Assembly (NCBI GenBank): GCA_963778115.1
Contig: CAVZSV010000007.1
Coordinates: forward strand, 151,175 to 215,174
Length of the DNA stretch: 64,000 nt
Source of the DNA: an uncultured delta proteobacterium
GTDB lineage: Bacteria; Bdellovibrionota; FAC87; UBA2466
Direction of reading: 5' to 3'
Part shown: positions 18,982 through 28,209 of the stretch, piece after piece
Layout: the number at the start of each line of letters is the position of its first letter
Position numbering within the stretch: the first letter of the stretch is position 1
Notes under the pieces: generated by a model
Seen by the model: the letters and a program-made list of their open reading frames with translations, nothing else
Told to the model about the DNA's origin: nothing
Databases searched by the model: none
Made by a program: the position numbers and the translations under genes

Positions 18982-20457
18982 TTGAAAAAACACTTTGTCA
19001 TAAGCTTCATAATTCTCTTCGCTTCGTGGGCAAGCCTGGCTCTATTCGCCGCAGATTCCTCGAAGCTTCCCGACATCGATTCTCCCGCTAAATCGAGCAC
19101 CACTCACTCGGCCTCCAAACCATCAGTGGCCCCGCCGCCGGATACCACTCCTCGCAACAAAGCTATCGAAGAGACGCAAACCACTCCGGGCGAGGAGGAA
19201 AGTTATGCGGTTGAGTCCTCCTTTCGTTCCGAGAGGATCTATCCGTCTAATTACGGTCTTGCTGGAATTTTTAGACTGAGATCGGCCGAAAGCCTTCCCG
19301 AAGGAGCCTTGACCTTCGGAATCGGAGGAAACTTTTATTCCGTTTCCGATGCTCCTTACTTTGCGGGGCTGGGAACCGGCGGCCAGGCTCAGACAATCGC
19401 GGAAAGCCTTTTTGTGGCCTACGCTCCGATAAAAGATCTCACTATCGGTGTCATGAGGCACAACTCCTCGACGACATTTGGCCAGCCCCAGCAACTCATC
19501 TCCTCTTTGGGAGACATGACCTTTTCGGGAATGTATTCTTTCCCGCTGAGTCCCAGTGTGGCCATCGCCCCCATTGTCGACGTCCTCATATCATCGAATT
19601 TTAATAATTTAGCGCCGGCGGGCAATACGGTAAGTGCAGGATTCGGAGGCGCGTTTACCTACTCGTTCTACCCCTCACTAGCCATCCCGCTCTACCTGCA
19701 TGCTAACTTGATGTACCACTTCGCACAAATTAGAGGCACGGCCCCTATTTCGATTGCTCCGGAAACCTTTTTCGATTTTAGCCGGTTCGACACTATCACT
19801 TTCGGAATCGCAGCCGAATATCGGGTGGGTGACTTTATTCCCTTCATGGAACTTTCTGACAACGTTGAGGCGGGGAGCGGACTGAGCTTCGGAAGTAACC
19901 CTTCTAAAGTAAGCCTTGGAACCAGAATCACTCCGCTCACTAATAAAGGCTTGGCCGTACTCATCGGGGGTGACATCGGCATCGGACGCGGAGTAGCGAT
20001 TGGAGTTCCCTTCTCGCCGGGATACGAAATTATCGGACAACTCAGTTACACGTTCGGTCTCTCCCAAACGGAGCGAAAACACTATCTGACTACTCAGGAT
20101 GTGAACGTTGTCGATCGCAAATTCATCATCAAAAAGAACATCAATTTTAAGATCGGAAGCTCGGAACTCGCCGCGGACAGCACCCATCTGCTGGATCAGA
20201 TCGCCCAAGTGATTAAGGACAACAAGATCCGAAAGCTTCTGATTATCGGCCATACTGACTCAAGCGCCACCGAAGACTACAACATCAAACTCTCGCTCGA
20301 TCGCGCCAATACGGTTAAGAGGTATCTGGTCAACAAAGGGGTTCCCGAAGACACGCTGATGACCCAAGGTTACGGTAAGCGTAAGCCTCGTGCCAGTAAT
20401 GCCACGGAAACCGGACGCGCTTTGAATCGAAGAGTCGAGTTTTTCATCCTCGAATAA
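18982..20457 (+). CDS. OmpA-family outer-membrane protein
   Basis: ORF track; signal peptide; C-terminal OmpA-like peptidoglycan-binding block IIGHTDSSATEDYNIKLSLDRA...RRVEF. Confidence 0.8.
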   Translation: MKKHFVISFIILFASWASLALFAADSSKLPDIDSPAKSSTTHSASKPSVAPPPDTTPRNKAIEETQTTPGEEESYAVESSFRSERIYPSNYGLAGIFRLRSAESLPEGALTFGIGGNFYSVSDAPYFAGLGTGGQAQTIAESLFVAYAPIKDLTIGVMRHNSSTTFGQPQQLISSLGDMTFSGMYSFPLSPSVAIAPIVDVLISSNFNNLAPAGNTVSAGFGGAFTYSFYPSLAIPLYLHANLMYHFAQIRGTAPISIAPETFFDFSRFDTITFGIAAEYRVGDFIPFMELSDNVEAGSGLSFGSNPSKVSLGTRITPLTNKGLAVLIGGDIGIGRGVAIGVPFSPGYEIIGQLSYTFGLSQTERKHYLTTQDVNVVDRKFIIKKNINFKIGSSELAADSTHLLDQIAQVIKDNKIRKLLIIGHTDSSATEDYNIKLSLDRANTVKRYLVNKGVPEDTLMTQGYGKRKPRASNATETGRALNRRVEFFILE

Positions 20458-20534
20458 TCTCATCCTATCCAAAAGGGTAATACTCGCTTTCCGCCTTGAT
20501 CTTTCGGCGGTTCTCCATTACGTCTAGCGTCCCT

Positions 20535-22031
20535 ATGCGCACGCTACTGCTGGTTTTTCTCTCGATTTCACTGCCGCTCTCTCCTTCAGAGTCCTTCTCG
20601 GCAACACGATCCCGCTGTGGAATCAAAGTCGAAAGCCTAGCGGATTTCTCCGCCTGGATCGCTCAAGAGACTTCCCCCGAACCACTAATCCTTCCCCGCT
20701 TAGATAAATCGAAGAAAGTCTTGGTTATCGGCGCTGGCCCGTTTGGTTTGGCGGCGGCTGCCGCTCTAAAAAGTCGCGCAATCCCCTTTATGATCGCCGA
20801 AGCCCATAGCCGAATTGGGGGTGTCTGGGATGACTCTAATCCGCAAAGTCCGGCCTATGATTCTCTACAGACCAACTCCTCGACCACAACCACGTCACTG
20901 GGAATTCCCTGGGAAGGACCACCTCGGTATATTTTGCGCGCCGATGCGTTGACCTACCTTAGGCACTTTTGTCTCGCCAAAGATCTCTCCAAATATATTT
21001 CCTTTAGAACCGAAGTGGTACGCGCCGCCCCGACTCCTCGGGGAACTTGGTCGGTAACACTGTTCGAGCACCACGGTTCCAATCAAAAGATGCAGACCAC
21101 TGAATATCGGGGATTAGTCGTAGCTTCAGGTAAAAATCTAAAGAAGAATCGTCTTATTCCCAAAGCGCTGTGGGAGCAAGCCGCGAGAGCCGGATTAAAC
21201 CCCATCCACTCCTCCGATTATCGAAATCCCACTGGTCTTGAAGGACAGAATGTTCTGATTGTTGGATTCGGTAACTCGGGAGCTGAGATCGCTACCGAGG
21301 TAAGTAAGGTAGCGGCAAACACGTATGTCGCCGTAAGATCCTCTCCCTGGATCGTTCCCCTCAGGATTGGAAAGACTCCCGCTGACGCGTTTGTTCAAAG
21401 TGGTCCTCAGCTTCCCCCCTGGTTACATGGGTTAGAGATGTGGGTATTCCATCGTCTGCAACGTTACTACGTGGGAAGCCCTACTCGCTTAGGATTTCCT
21501 TGGCCAGATCATGACTTGCTCGAAAAGCTGCCTGTCTCCGATCGCGGAATCGTCAAAGCCATCCTTAGTGGCGCCGTCCAGCTCCGTCCGGAACTGGTAG
21601 GACTGGAAGACGGGGTCGCTCGCTACAGTGCTGGCAACGAAAGTGACAAAATAACTCGGGTTATTTTCGCCACGGGCTATACGAGAAGCTTCTCTTTTCT
21701 TGCGCCCGAGATAGCAAATCTAGAAGACCCCGATACCAGACTACCCTTGCATCTTTTTCATCCTACCGAACCTGGGCTCACCTTCATGTCCGAAACGCCG
21801 GTGGCCCAAGGCTCTTGGCCTATCGCCGCCAAGCAAGCACAGGCCATCGCCGCCTATTTCGCGGCCGAGGAAAGCGGGGCCCCTCACATTGCCCGGTTCA
21901 ATGCGCTTCGCACGGCCCTTCCTCCCGAATATCAGGGGCCTACCTTTACCGCGGCCGATCACTGGCATGTGGATGTTTCGAAGTACATTCCTCTTCTCGA
22001 TAATTTCGCCGATTGGATAGTAGCGCCTTAA
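20535..22031 (+). CDS. flavin-containing monooxygenase-like FAD/NAD(P)-binding oxidoreductase
   Basis: ORF track 20496..22031 (internal ATG at 20535 preferred); two dinucleotide-binding motifs VLVIGAGPFG and VLIVGFGNSGAE. Confidence 0.75.
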   Translation: MRTLLLVFLSISLPLSPSESFSATRSRCGIKVESLADFSAWIAQETSPEPLILPRLDKSKKVLVIGAGPFGLAAAAALKSRAIPFMIAEAHSRIGGVWDDSNPQSPAYDSLQTNSSTTTTSLGIPWEGPPRYILRADALTYLRHFCLAKDLSKYISFRTEVVRAAPTPRGTWSVTLFEHHGSNQKMQTTEYRGLVVASGKNLKKNRLIPKALWEQAARAGLNPIHSSDYRNPTGLEGQNVLIVGFGNSGAEIATEVSKVAANTYVAVRSSPWIVPLRIGKTPADAFVQSGPQLPPWLHGLEMWVFHRLQRYYVGSPTRLGFPWPDHDLLEKLPVSDRGIVKAILSGAVQLRPELVGLEDGVARYSAGNESDKITRVIFATGYTRSFSFLAPEIANLEDPDTRLPLHLFHPTEPGLTFMSETPVAQGSWPIAAKQAQAIAAYFAAEESGAPHIARFNALRTALPPEYQGPTFTAADHWHVDVSKYIPLLDNFADWIVAP

Positions 22032-22033
22032 CC

Positions 22034-22390
22034 CTAAGAGAAGAGCCATTGGGGAGGATCTTTGGTTACGATGCCTTTGATCCAATTCATGGGTTTAAAA
22101 GAAGAGGCGGGATATCCCGTCGCTAAATAGAGTTCGGTAAAGCCAAGCTGCGAAAGTTCTTTTGCAAAGACTTCGCCCTTTACGCCGCCTCCTAAATTTG
22201 AGTCGATAAAAATGGGAAGGGAAAAGGGAAAGCGGGAAATAACTTCCTTAAAAGATTCTACCGTCTCGAACACTTCGATCGATACCTGGCTACGACGAGC
22301 CCGCATCAACCACGCTTCACGAACTAAAATATCGTCGTCAATGAGAACGGCGAGAACGCCTTTTATCTTAATTTCGGTTTGATTCCCCAT
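22034..22390 (-). CDS. single-domain response regulator (receiver domain)
   Basis: ORF track; CheY-like layout with LAVLIDDD acidic pocket. Confidence 0.7.
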   Translation of the reverse strand: MGNQTEIKIKGVLAVLIDDDILVREAWLMRARRSQVSIEVFETVESFKEVISRFPFSLPIFIDSNLGGGVKGEVFAKELSQLGFTELYLATGYPASSFKPMNWIKGIVTKDPPQWLFS

Positions 22391-22671
22391 GGTTCAGCTC
22401 TTGGAGCGACTTTATCGCACCTGGCCAACGGATGCCTAACAATAATTAAATAATTAAGTCGTCTTGAAGAGCACCGCGTTTTCGCTTCGTGTTAACACTC
22501 GGTGCCACTCCCAATTGCCCGAACTGCCTAAAAAAATCAGATGACACGGCATGCGTGCGCTTCGCGTTATTATCGACGATAAAATCGTGATTAACATACT
22601 CTGCCCTATATGTAGTTTGTTGAACACGGGCCCTCACTTAGTACAATGTGCACCTGGGGGGCCACTTTAAA

Positions 22672-23916
22672 ATGAACTCAATTAAATTGAACTGTATTCG
22701 TGTATTCACCGTCGTCGGTCTGACCTTCGCTTCTTTTACAACAGCAGTACCGGTAAAAGTGGCTGAGGCTCCTGGCGATAATCTCGAAATGACGTTGGCG
22801 GCGATCAAAGCTGCCGGCAAAAGCATCTACCTCAATGCCTACGAGTTAGATTCAGATGAAATCACTTCGGCTCTTCTGGATCGCATCAATGCGGGTGTTG
22901 AAGTTCAGATTTTAGAAGAGGGACAACCGGTGGGAGGACTTACCAAAGAAGAAAAATCCACCCAAACCAAATTGGTTGACGCCATCAATACTTCCGGCAA
23001 TGGGCACTTTTATTTGATGACCTCCAAAGCATCCAAAACGGCAAAGAGCACGAAACGCCGCTACCGTTACGATCATGCAAAATATGCCATTATCGATGAG
23101 AAGCAGCTTTTGGTCGGATCCGAAAATTATTCCCCCACGGGAAATCCCGCAGCAGGGAAATTGGGAAATCGTGGTTGGGAAGTCTTCATCAATGATGATT
23201 CGTTAGTGAAGCAATACCAATCTATTTTCATGACCGACTCCGATACAAGTTACGGAGATGTCGAGGAGCTTACCGACAACAAAGCGAGAATAGAGCAAAT
23301 CGGAGTGGCTGCTCTCGGTAATTTCATGAACCACATGCTTCCTCCTTCCACGGGCGGAGACAGTTCCTTGATGGACGCTCTCCCTGGATTTGATGCCACG
23401 GGAGTTGCCCGAGTGACCTCTCCAGACTCGAGCATGCAAGGCCTTACCGATCTACTTAACAATGCCAAGACGACCATCGACATTGAGCTTATGACCTTCG
23501 CCCCTGGTTGGGCGAAAGAGGAGAAGGTGTCTCCCCTTTACACCGCTGTTCTTGCAGCAGCCAAACGAGGAGTCCAGATTCGCGTATTACTTAATGACGA
23601 CACGGTATTTGGAACGAGCGCCGCCAAGAGCAAGAATCTTCAGGTCGTCAACCAGCTAAATGACGAAGCCAAATCCGATAGCCTTCAAGTGGAAGCGCGC
23701 ACCGCCGATGTCAAAGCCATGGGTGTCGACTACATCCACAATAAAGGTGTCTTGGTCGACGGGAACCAAACTCTGATTAGCTCGATCAACTGGGACGAAA
23801 ACTCAGTAGAACACAATCGGGAAGCCGCCGTCGTCATCGACTGCGCCGACGTCAACCAACACTACATGGCTCTGTTCAACAGTGACTGGAACAATAGCTC
23901 GGACAGCAAGAACTAA
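22672..23916 (+). CDS. secreted phospholipase D-family protein with two HKD motifs
   Basis: ORF track 22648..23916 (ATG at 22672 preferred); signal peptide; HAKYAIIDEKQLLVGSEN and HNKGVLVDGNQTLISSIN. Confidence 0.8.
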   Translation: MNSIKLNCIRVFTVVGLTFASFTTAVPVKVAEAPGDNLEMTLAAIKAAGKSIYLNAYELDSDEITSALLDRINAGVEVQILEEGQPVGGLTKEEKSTQTKLVDAINTSGNGHFYLMTSKASKTAKSTKRRYRYDHAKYAIIDEKQLLVGSENYSPTGNPAAGKLGNRGWEVFINDDSLVKQYQSIFMTDSDTSYGDVEELTDNKARIEQIGVAALGNFMNHMLPPSTGGDSSLMDALPGFDATGVARVTSPDSSMQGLTDLLNNAKTTIDIELMTFAPGWAKEEKVSPLYTAVLAAAKRGVQIRVLLNDDTVFGTSAAKSKNLQVVNQLNDEAKSDSLQVEARTADVKAMGVDYIHNKGVLVDGNQTLISSINWDENSVEHNREAAVVIDCADVNQHYMALFNSDWNNSSDSKN

Positions 23917-23986
23917 AGTTACCTGTCACTATTTAGCGGCTAAGAAAATTACGGTTGGCAAGCGCGCCTAGTTAATGCTGAGTAAT

Positions 23987-24832
23987 TTACAGTTCGACGT
24001 CGTTACCGCGGCTGAACTTTCCGTCGAACAGACGGACGGTGCAAGCCGCGGTGACGGGGTCATGCGCGAAGCATAGGATCCAGTCCTCTTCCACGGCCTT
24101 CTGCAAAAGTTTCTTCTTCTCTTGGATAGTAGTCATCGGATAGAGATCAAATCCCATCACGTAGGGAACCGGAATGTGGCTCGCCGTCGGGATGGTATCT
24201 CCGCAGAAGAGAACTGTTTTATTGTCGCCCGTCACGGTGACAAGGTTTTGTCCCGGAGTGTGGCCGTGATTCACTAGTATTTTCACCCCCGGCACGATTT
24301 CGGAATCTCCTTTTAAGCTCTTAATTCTCCCGCTCTGTTGTAGAGGGGCAATCGTGCTATCAATGAAACTTGCGCGATCTTTTTCGCTAGGCGCATGGGC
24401 GTGGCTTAAATTTTCCTCTTGAACGTAATAAGTTGCATTGGGAAAACTTAAAACCACCTCCCGTTGTTCATTATAACGGGTCGCTCCTCCGACATGATCG
24501 AAATGCAGATGCGTTAACACTACATCGGTCACTTGATCACGATGAATTCCTAAGGCTGCCAGGGAAGTGTCGATATCATATTGAGAATGATCGATGGCAT
24601 AGATGTCGATGAGCTTGTCGCTCCATTTGGTCCCCGCCCCACAGTCCACCAAGATGGTCCGCCCCTCCCCGCGAATCAAAAGCGAACGCAAGGCCATCGT
24701 AATACGATTTTTTTCGTCGGCTGGATTCGTTTTCTCCCAAAGGACCTTGGGAACCACCCCAAACATAGCGCCTCCATCGAGGCGAAATCTGCCAGTTTCG
24801 ACCGCATTTACTTGAAATGTCCCTAGCCTCAC
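23987..24832 (-). CDS. MBL-fold metallo-hydrolase
   Basis: ORF track; HLHFDHVGG motif. Confidence 0.85.
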   Translation of the reverse strand: MRLGTFQVNAVETGRFRLDGGAMFGVVPKVLWEKTNPADEKNRITMALRSLLIRGEGRTILVDCGAGTKWSDKLIDIYAIDHSQYDIDTSLAALGIHRDQVTDVVLTHLHFDHVGGATRYNEQREVVLSFPNATYYVQEENLSHAHAPSEKDRASFIDSTIAPLQQSGRIKSLKGDSEIVPGVKILVNHGHTPGQNLVTVTGDNKTVLFCGDTIPTASHIPVPYVMGFDLYPMTTIQEKKKLLQKAVEEDWILCFAHDPVTAACTVRLFDGKFSRGNDVEL

Positions 24833-26241
24833 TCCCCGCCCCCGCCGGCCCCGGGAATCACCATTTTTTTGGGATCTAGGAGTTCATCCAGTTGGGCCTT
24901 GCTTAGATCGGCCACGGAAGAAGCGACTTCTCGGATCGTCTTATTTTCCGCAAATGCCTTTTTCGAGATCTCAGCCGCCTTGTCGTAACCCACGGCGGGT
25001 GCAAGAGCGGTAGCCAGCATGAGGCCTCTTTCGATCGTCTCATCAATCTTTTGGCGATTGGCCTGAATGCCGCGAACGCACTTTTCTTCAAATATGGTGA
25101 CGGCACCCGATAAAATTGAAATCGATTGCAAAAGATTATGAGCAATCATCGGCATCATGACATTGAGCTCAAAACTTCCCGACATGCCGCCGACGGAAAT
25201 GGCAACGTCATTGCCGATGACCTGAGCACAGACTTGCAGCAAAGATTCAGGAATTACCGGATTTACTTTGCCCGGCATAATGCTGCTACCTGGTTGGACC
25301 GGAGGCAAAATAATTTCCGATAGCCCGCAACGGGGTCCGCTAGAAAGCCAACGAACGTCGTTAGCGACTTTGGTAAGGGCCACCGCTGCGGCTTTCAATG
25401 CCCCGCTCAACTCAACGCAAGCGTCTTTAGAGCTTTGTGCCTCGAAATGGTTGTCGGCCTCTTTGAAAGCTAGTTTGAGTTTCTTCGATAAATTTTCCGA
25501 TACCAACTTGCCGAACTGGGCGTCGGTATTGATTCCGGTACCGACCGCCGTTCCTCCCACGGCTAACTCATATAAGGAAGGTAAAGTGCGCTCGATGCGT
25601 TCGCGCGAATATTTAACTTGAGCTTGGTAACCGGAAAACTCCTGCCCTAGCAAAATCGGGGTGGCGTCTTGAAGGTGCGTTCGGCCGGTCTTTACGATGT
25701 CCTTAAATTCATCGACCTTTTTCTGAAAGGTGGCCTCTAATTTTTTCAAAGCCGGTAATAACTTCTCCGTCACGGCTACGGCGGCCGCCACATGAATAGC
25801 GGTGGGAATAATATCGTTGCTCGACTGTCCCATATTCACATGATCGTTAGGATGGATGGGCTTTTTGCTACCTACCGAACCACCCAGGGCCAAGTTAGCG
25901 ACGTTGGCCGCCACTTCGTTGAAGTTCATGTTGGTGCTGGTGCCCGATCCCGTTTGAAAAATATCGAGCACAAAATGGTCGTCGTATTTTCCCTCGGCAA
26001 TGGCGGTGGAGGATTGAATCACACCGGCCGCAAGCTTCGGGTCAAGCTTTCCTAATTTTTGGTTCACTTCGGCGCAAGCGACCTTGATAAGCCCCAGCAC
26101 TCGAATGAAGTCTCGACCAAATCTCAAGCCGCTGACTGGAAAATTATCCACGGCCCTTTGGGTAGTAGCCCCATAGAGATATTTCGCCGGGATTTTCATC
26201 TCCCCCATGGAATCTTTTTCTACGCGATATTCGTCGGCCAT
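24829..26241 (-). CDS. fumC: class II fumarate hydratase
   Basis: ORF track 24829..26289 (ATG at 26241 preceded by GAGGTG preferred); FQTGSGTSTNMNFNEV and GSSIMPGKVNP signatures; 4-nt overlap with the MBL gene. Confidence 0.9.
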   Translation of the reverse strand: MADEYRVEKDSMGEMKIPAKYLYGATTQRAVDNFPVSGLRFGRDFIRVLGLIKVACAEVNQKLGKLDPKLAAGVIQSSTAIAEGKYDDHFVLDIFQTGSGTSTNMNFNEVAANVANLALGGSVGSKKPIHPNDHVNMGQSSNDIIPTAIHVAAAVAVTEKLLPALKKLEATFQKKVDEFKDIVKTGRTHLQDATPILLGQEFSGYQAQVKYSRERIERTLPSLYELAVGGTAVGTGINTDAQFGKLVSENLSKKLKLAFKEADNHFEAQSSKDACVELSGALKAAAVALTKVANDVRWLSSGPRCGLSEIILPPVQPGSSIMPGKVNPVIPESLLQVCAQVIGNDVAISVGGMSGSFELNVMMPMIAHNLLQSISILSGAVTIFEEKCVRGIQANRQKIDETIERGLMLATALAPAVGYDKAAEISKKAFAENKTIREVASSVADLSKAQLDELLDPKKMVIPGAGGGGE

Positions 26242-26311
26242 GCGCACCTCGTAAGGATAAAAATACGGCGCTAACCATACCGCCGCCACCCTACGTTTTC
26301 AAGGCGGGCAT

Positions 26312-26379
26312 CCCTACAAAAAGGTACGGCCTACCTTCTTGTAGGACCACAGAAAGGTAGGCCGTACCTTTTTGTAGGG
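26312..26379. repeat. perfect 26-bp inverted repeat with 16-bp spacer
   Basis: left arm ccctacaaaaaggtacggcctacctt (26312-26337) is the exact reverse complement of the right arm (26354-26379). Confidence 0.9.
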
Positions 26380-26422
26380 GGCCGGTTGAATTTGGAAGGG
26401 GGGCAGCGTATCATCGCGGCCA

Positions 26423-27454
26423 ATGTTCAAAGGCATCGATTTTTATAGCGATACGCTCACTAAGCCATCGGCCGGAATGAGAAAAGCCATGTGCGAAGCT
26501 GAAGTGGGAGACGAACAAAAAGGAGAAGATCCCACCACACGAAAGCTGGAAGAACTCTTAGCGGAAACTCTGGGAATGTCTTCGGCCCTTTTTTTTCCCT
26601 CGGCCACCATGGCCAATCAGATAGCGATTCGTCTATTAACTAATCCAGGCGATGAAATCATTGCTTCTGAGATAGCCCATATTTTTACTTCCGAAGGAGG
26701 AGGCCCGGCGGTTCATTCGGGGGTAATGACACGCTCCATCAGAGGGCAAACCGGCCTATTCTCCGGTGAGGACGTCAAAAAGGCGTTTCGCTCCGACTCA
26801 AGTCCGCACGACTCACGTTCCCGACTGCTCTCGATAGAGAACACGAGCAACATGGGTGGAGGTTTAGCGTGGCCCCTTGCTCTTCTCGATGAAGTCGTAG
26901 CTACCGCCAAATCACTTAAGATCTCCCTTCACTTAGATGGATCCAGACTTTTCAACGCCGCGATCGCTTTAGCCATCCCTCCCAAACGGATCTCGTCACC
27001 TTTTGATACGGCAACCGTCTGTCTTTCCAAGGGGCTCGGCTGTCCGGTGGGGGCGGTATTAGGTTTTGATAAATCGCGCTGGACCCAAGTGCGAAGGCTG
27101 AAACAGCTAATGGGAGGAGCCATGCGTCAGAGCGGAATGCTAGCCGCGGCAGGTCTGTACGCCCTTCAAAATAATGTGGACAGGCTTGTCGAAGATCATG
27201 CCAAAGCCAAACGGCTAGCGGAGGTCTTGAGTGGCATCAAGTCCCTTGAAGTGGAAAAGCATGAAGGTGCCACCAATATGGTTTTTTTCCGCTGGAACTC
27301 GCCCCAGGTACCTGTCGAAAGTTTTTTAGCTAAGTGCGAAGCGTCTGGTGTTCGCTTTTCTCACATAGAGGAAAATCGGGTGCGAGCGGTAACGCATTTA
27401 GATATTCGTCCCGAAGACATCGAAACCACCTATCGGATAATTAAGGAAATTTAA
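26423..27454 (+). CDS. ltaE: low-specificity L-threonine aldolase (PLP-dependent)
   Basis: ORF track; N-terminal DFYSDTLTKPS...MCEAEVGDE and family-typical length. Confidence 0.8.
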   Translation: MFKGIDFYSDTLTKPSAGMRKAMCEAEVGDEQKGEDPTTRKLEELLAETLGMSSALFFPSATMANQIAIRLLTNPGDEIIASEIAHIFTSEGGGPAVHSGVMTRSIRGQTGLFSGEDVKKAFRSDSSPHDSRSRLLSIENTSNMGGGLAWPLALLDEVVATAKSLKISLHLDGSRLFNAAIALAIPPKRISSPFDTATVCLSKGLGCPVGAVLGFDKSRWTQVRRLKQLMGGAMRQSGMLAAAGLYALQNNVDRLVEDHAKAKRLAEVLSGIKSLEVEKHEGATNMVFFRWNSPQVPVESFLAKCEASGVRFSHIEENRVRAVTHLDIRPEDIETTYRIIKEI

Positions 27455-27461
27455 ACTAACC

Positions 27462-28175
27462 ATGAGCCAACCAACCTCGGACGCAAAAAAAGAAAATTAT
27501 TTGAAGCAGAGTCTCCCTCTTATCTATCTCGTCGTTTTACTCTTTGCTCTGAGATGGACCGTAGTGGAGCCCTATGTGGTTCCCACAGGCTCCATGGAGC
27601 CGACTTTGAAACCCGGCGACAGACTCTACGCGCTAAAGTGCGCTTACGATGTTCGGTTTCCCTTTACGGATTGGGTTCTTTTAAAAACCGGAAAGATCCG
27701 ACGCGGAGACGTCATCCTTTTCAAGAATCCCAAGGATACCAGTATTACCTTTGTGAAACGCGTCGTTGCTCTTCCCGGAGATAAACTGGACTATCACGAT
27801 GGACAGCTCTTCGTGAACGGCAAGGCCATCCAGGAGACCGAGCAGAAAGATCGCGCCCTCATGCAAGACTTAGAACAAAAGGATGAGAGAACACTTTTTA
27901 TTGAAAACCTGGATAACGTAAAGCATTACATGATATTGGAGAATCAGGCCCCAAAGCAGCGAAGTTTTCGCGAAGAGGAGTACATGCCCTTTCGCGATGT
28001 GACCGTTCCTGAAGACGAGTTTTTCGCCATGGGAGACAACCGGGATAATAGCTACGACAGCAGGTTCTGGGGCTTTGTTCCAATGAGTTATCTTAAGGGC
28101 CGCGCGATGTTCATTTGGTTTTCGAGCTGGAATTGGCGAATTCGCCCGGAACGCATCGGCACCCTCATTCAATAA
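27462..28175 (+). CDS. lepB: signal peptidase I
   Basis: ORF track; S26 motifs GSMEPTL and GDNRDNSYDSRFWGFVP. Confidence 0.9.
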   Translation: MSQPTSDAKKENYLKQSLPLIYLVVLLFALRWTVVEPYVVPTGSMEPTLKPGDRLYALKCAYDVRFPFTDWVLLKTGKIRRGDVILFKNPKDTSITFVKRVVALPGDKLDYHDGQLFVNGKAIQETEQKDRALMQDLEQKDERTLFIENLDNVKHYMILENQAPKQRSFREEEYMPFRDVTVPEDEFFAMGDNRDNSYDSRFWGFVPMSYLKGRAMFIWFSSWNWRIRPERIGTLIQ

Positions 28176-28209
28176 TTAGGGGGAGTAGGGTGTCCCCGAG
28201 GCAATTGCT

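Noticed and set aside
1-23916. SNF2 helicase plus PLD-family protein as a DISARM-like defence system
   Set aside because: The genes are 20 kb apart and separated by housekeeping genes; the PLD protein has a signal peptide; no methyltransferase or DUF1998 partner in the window.
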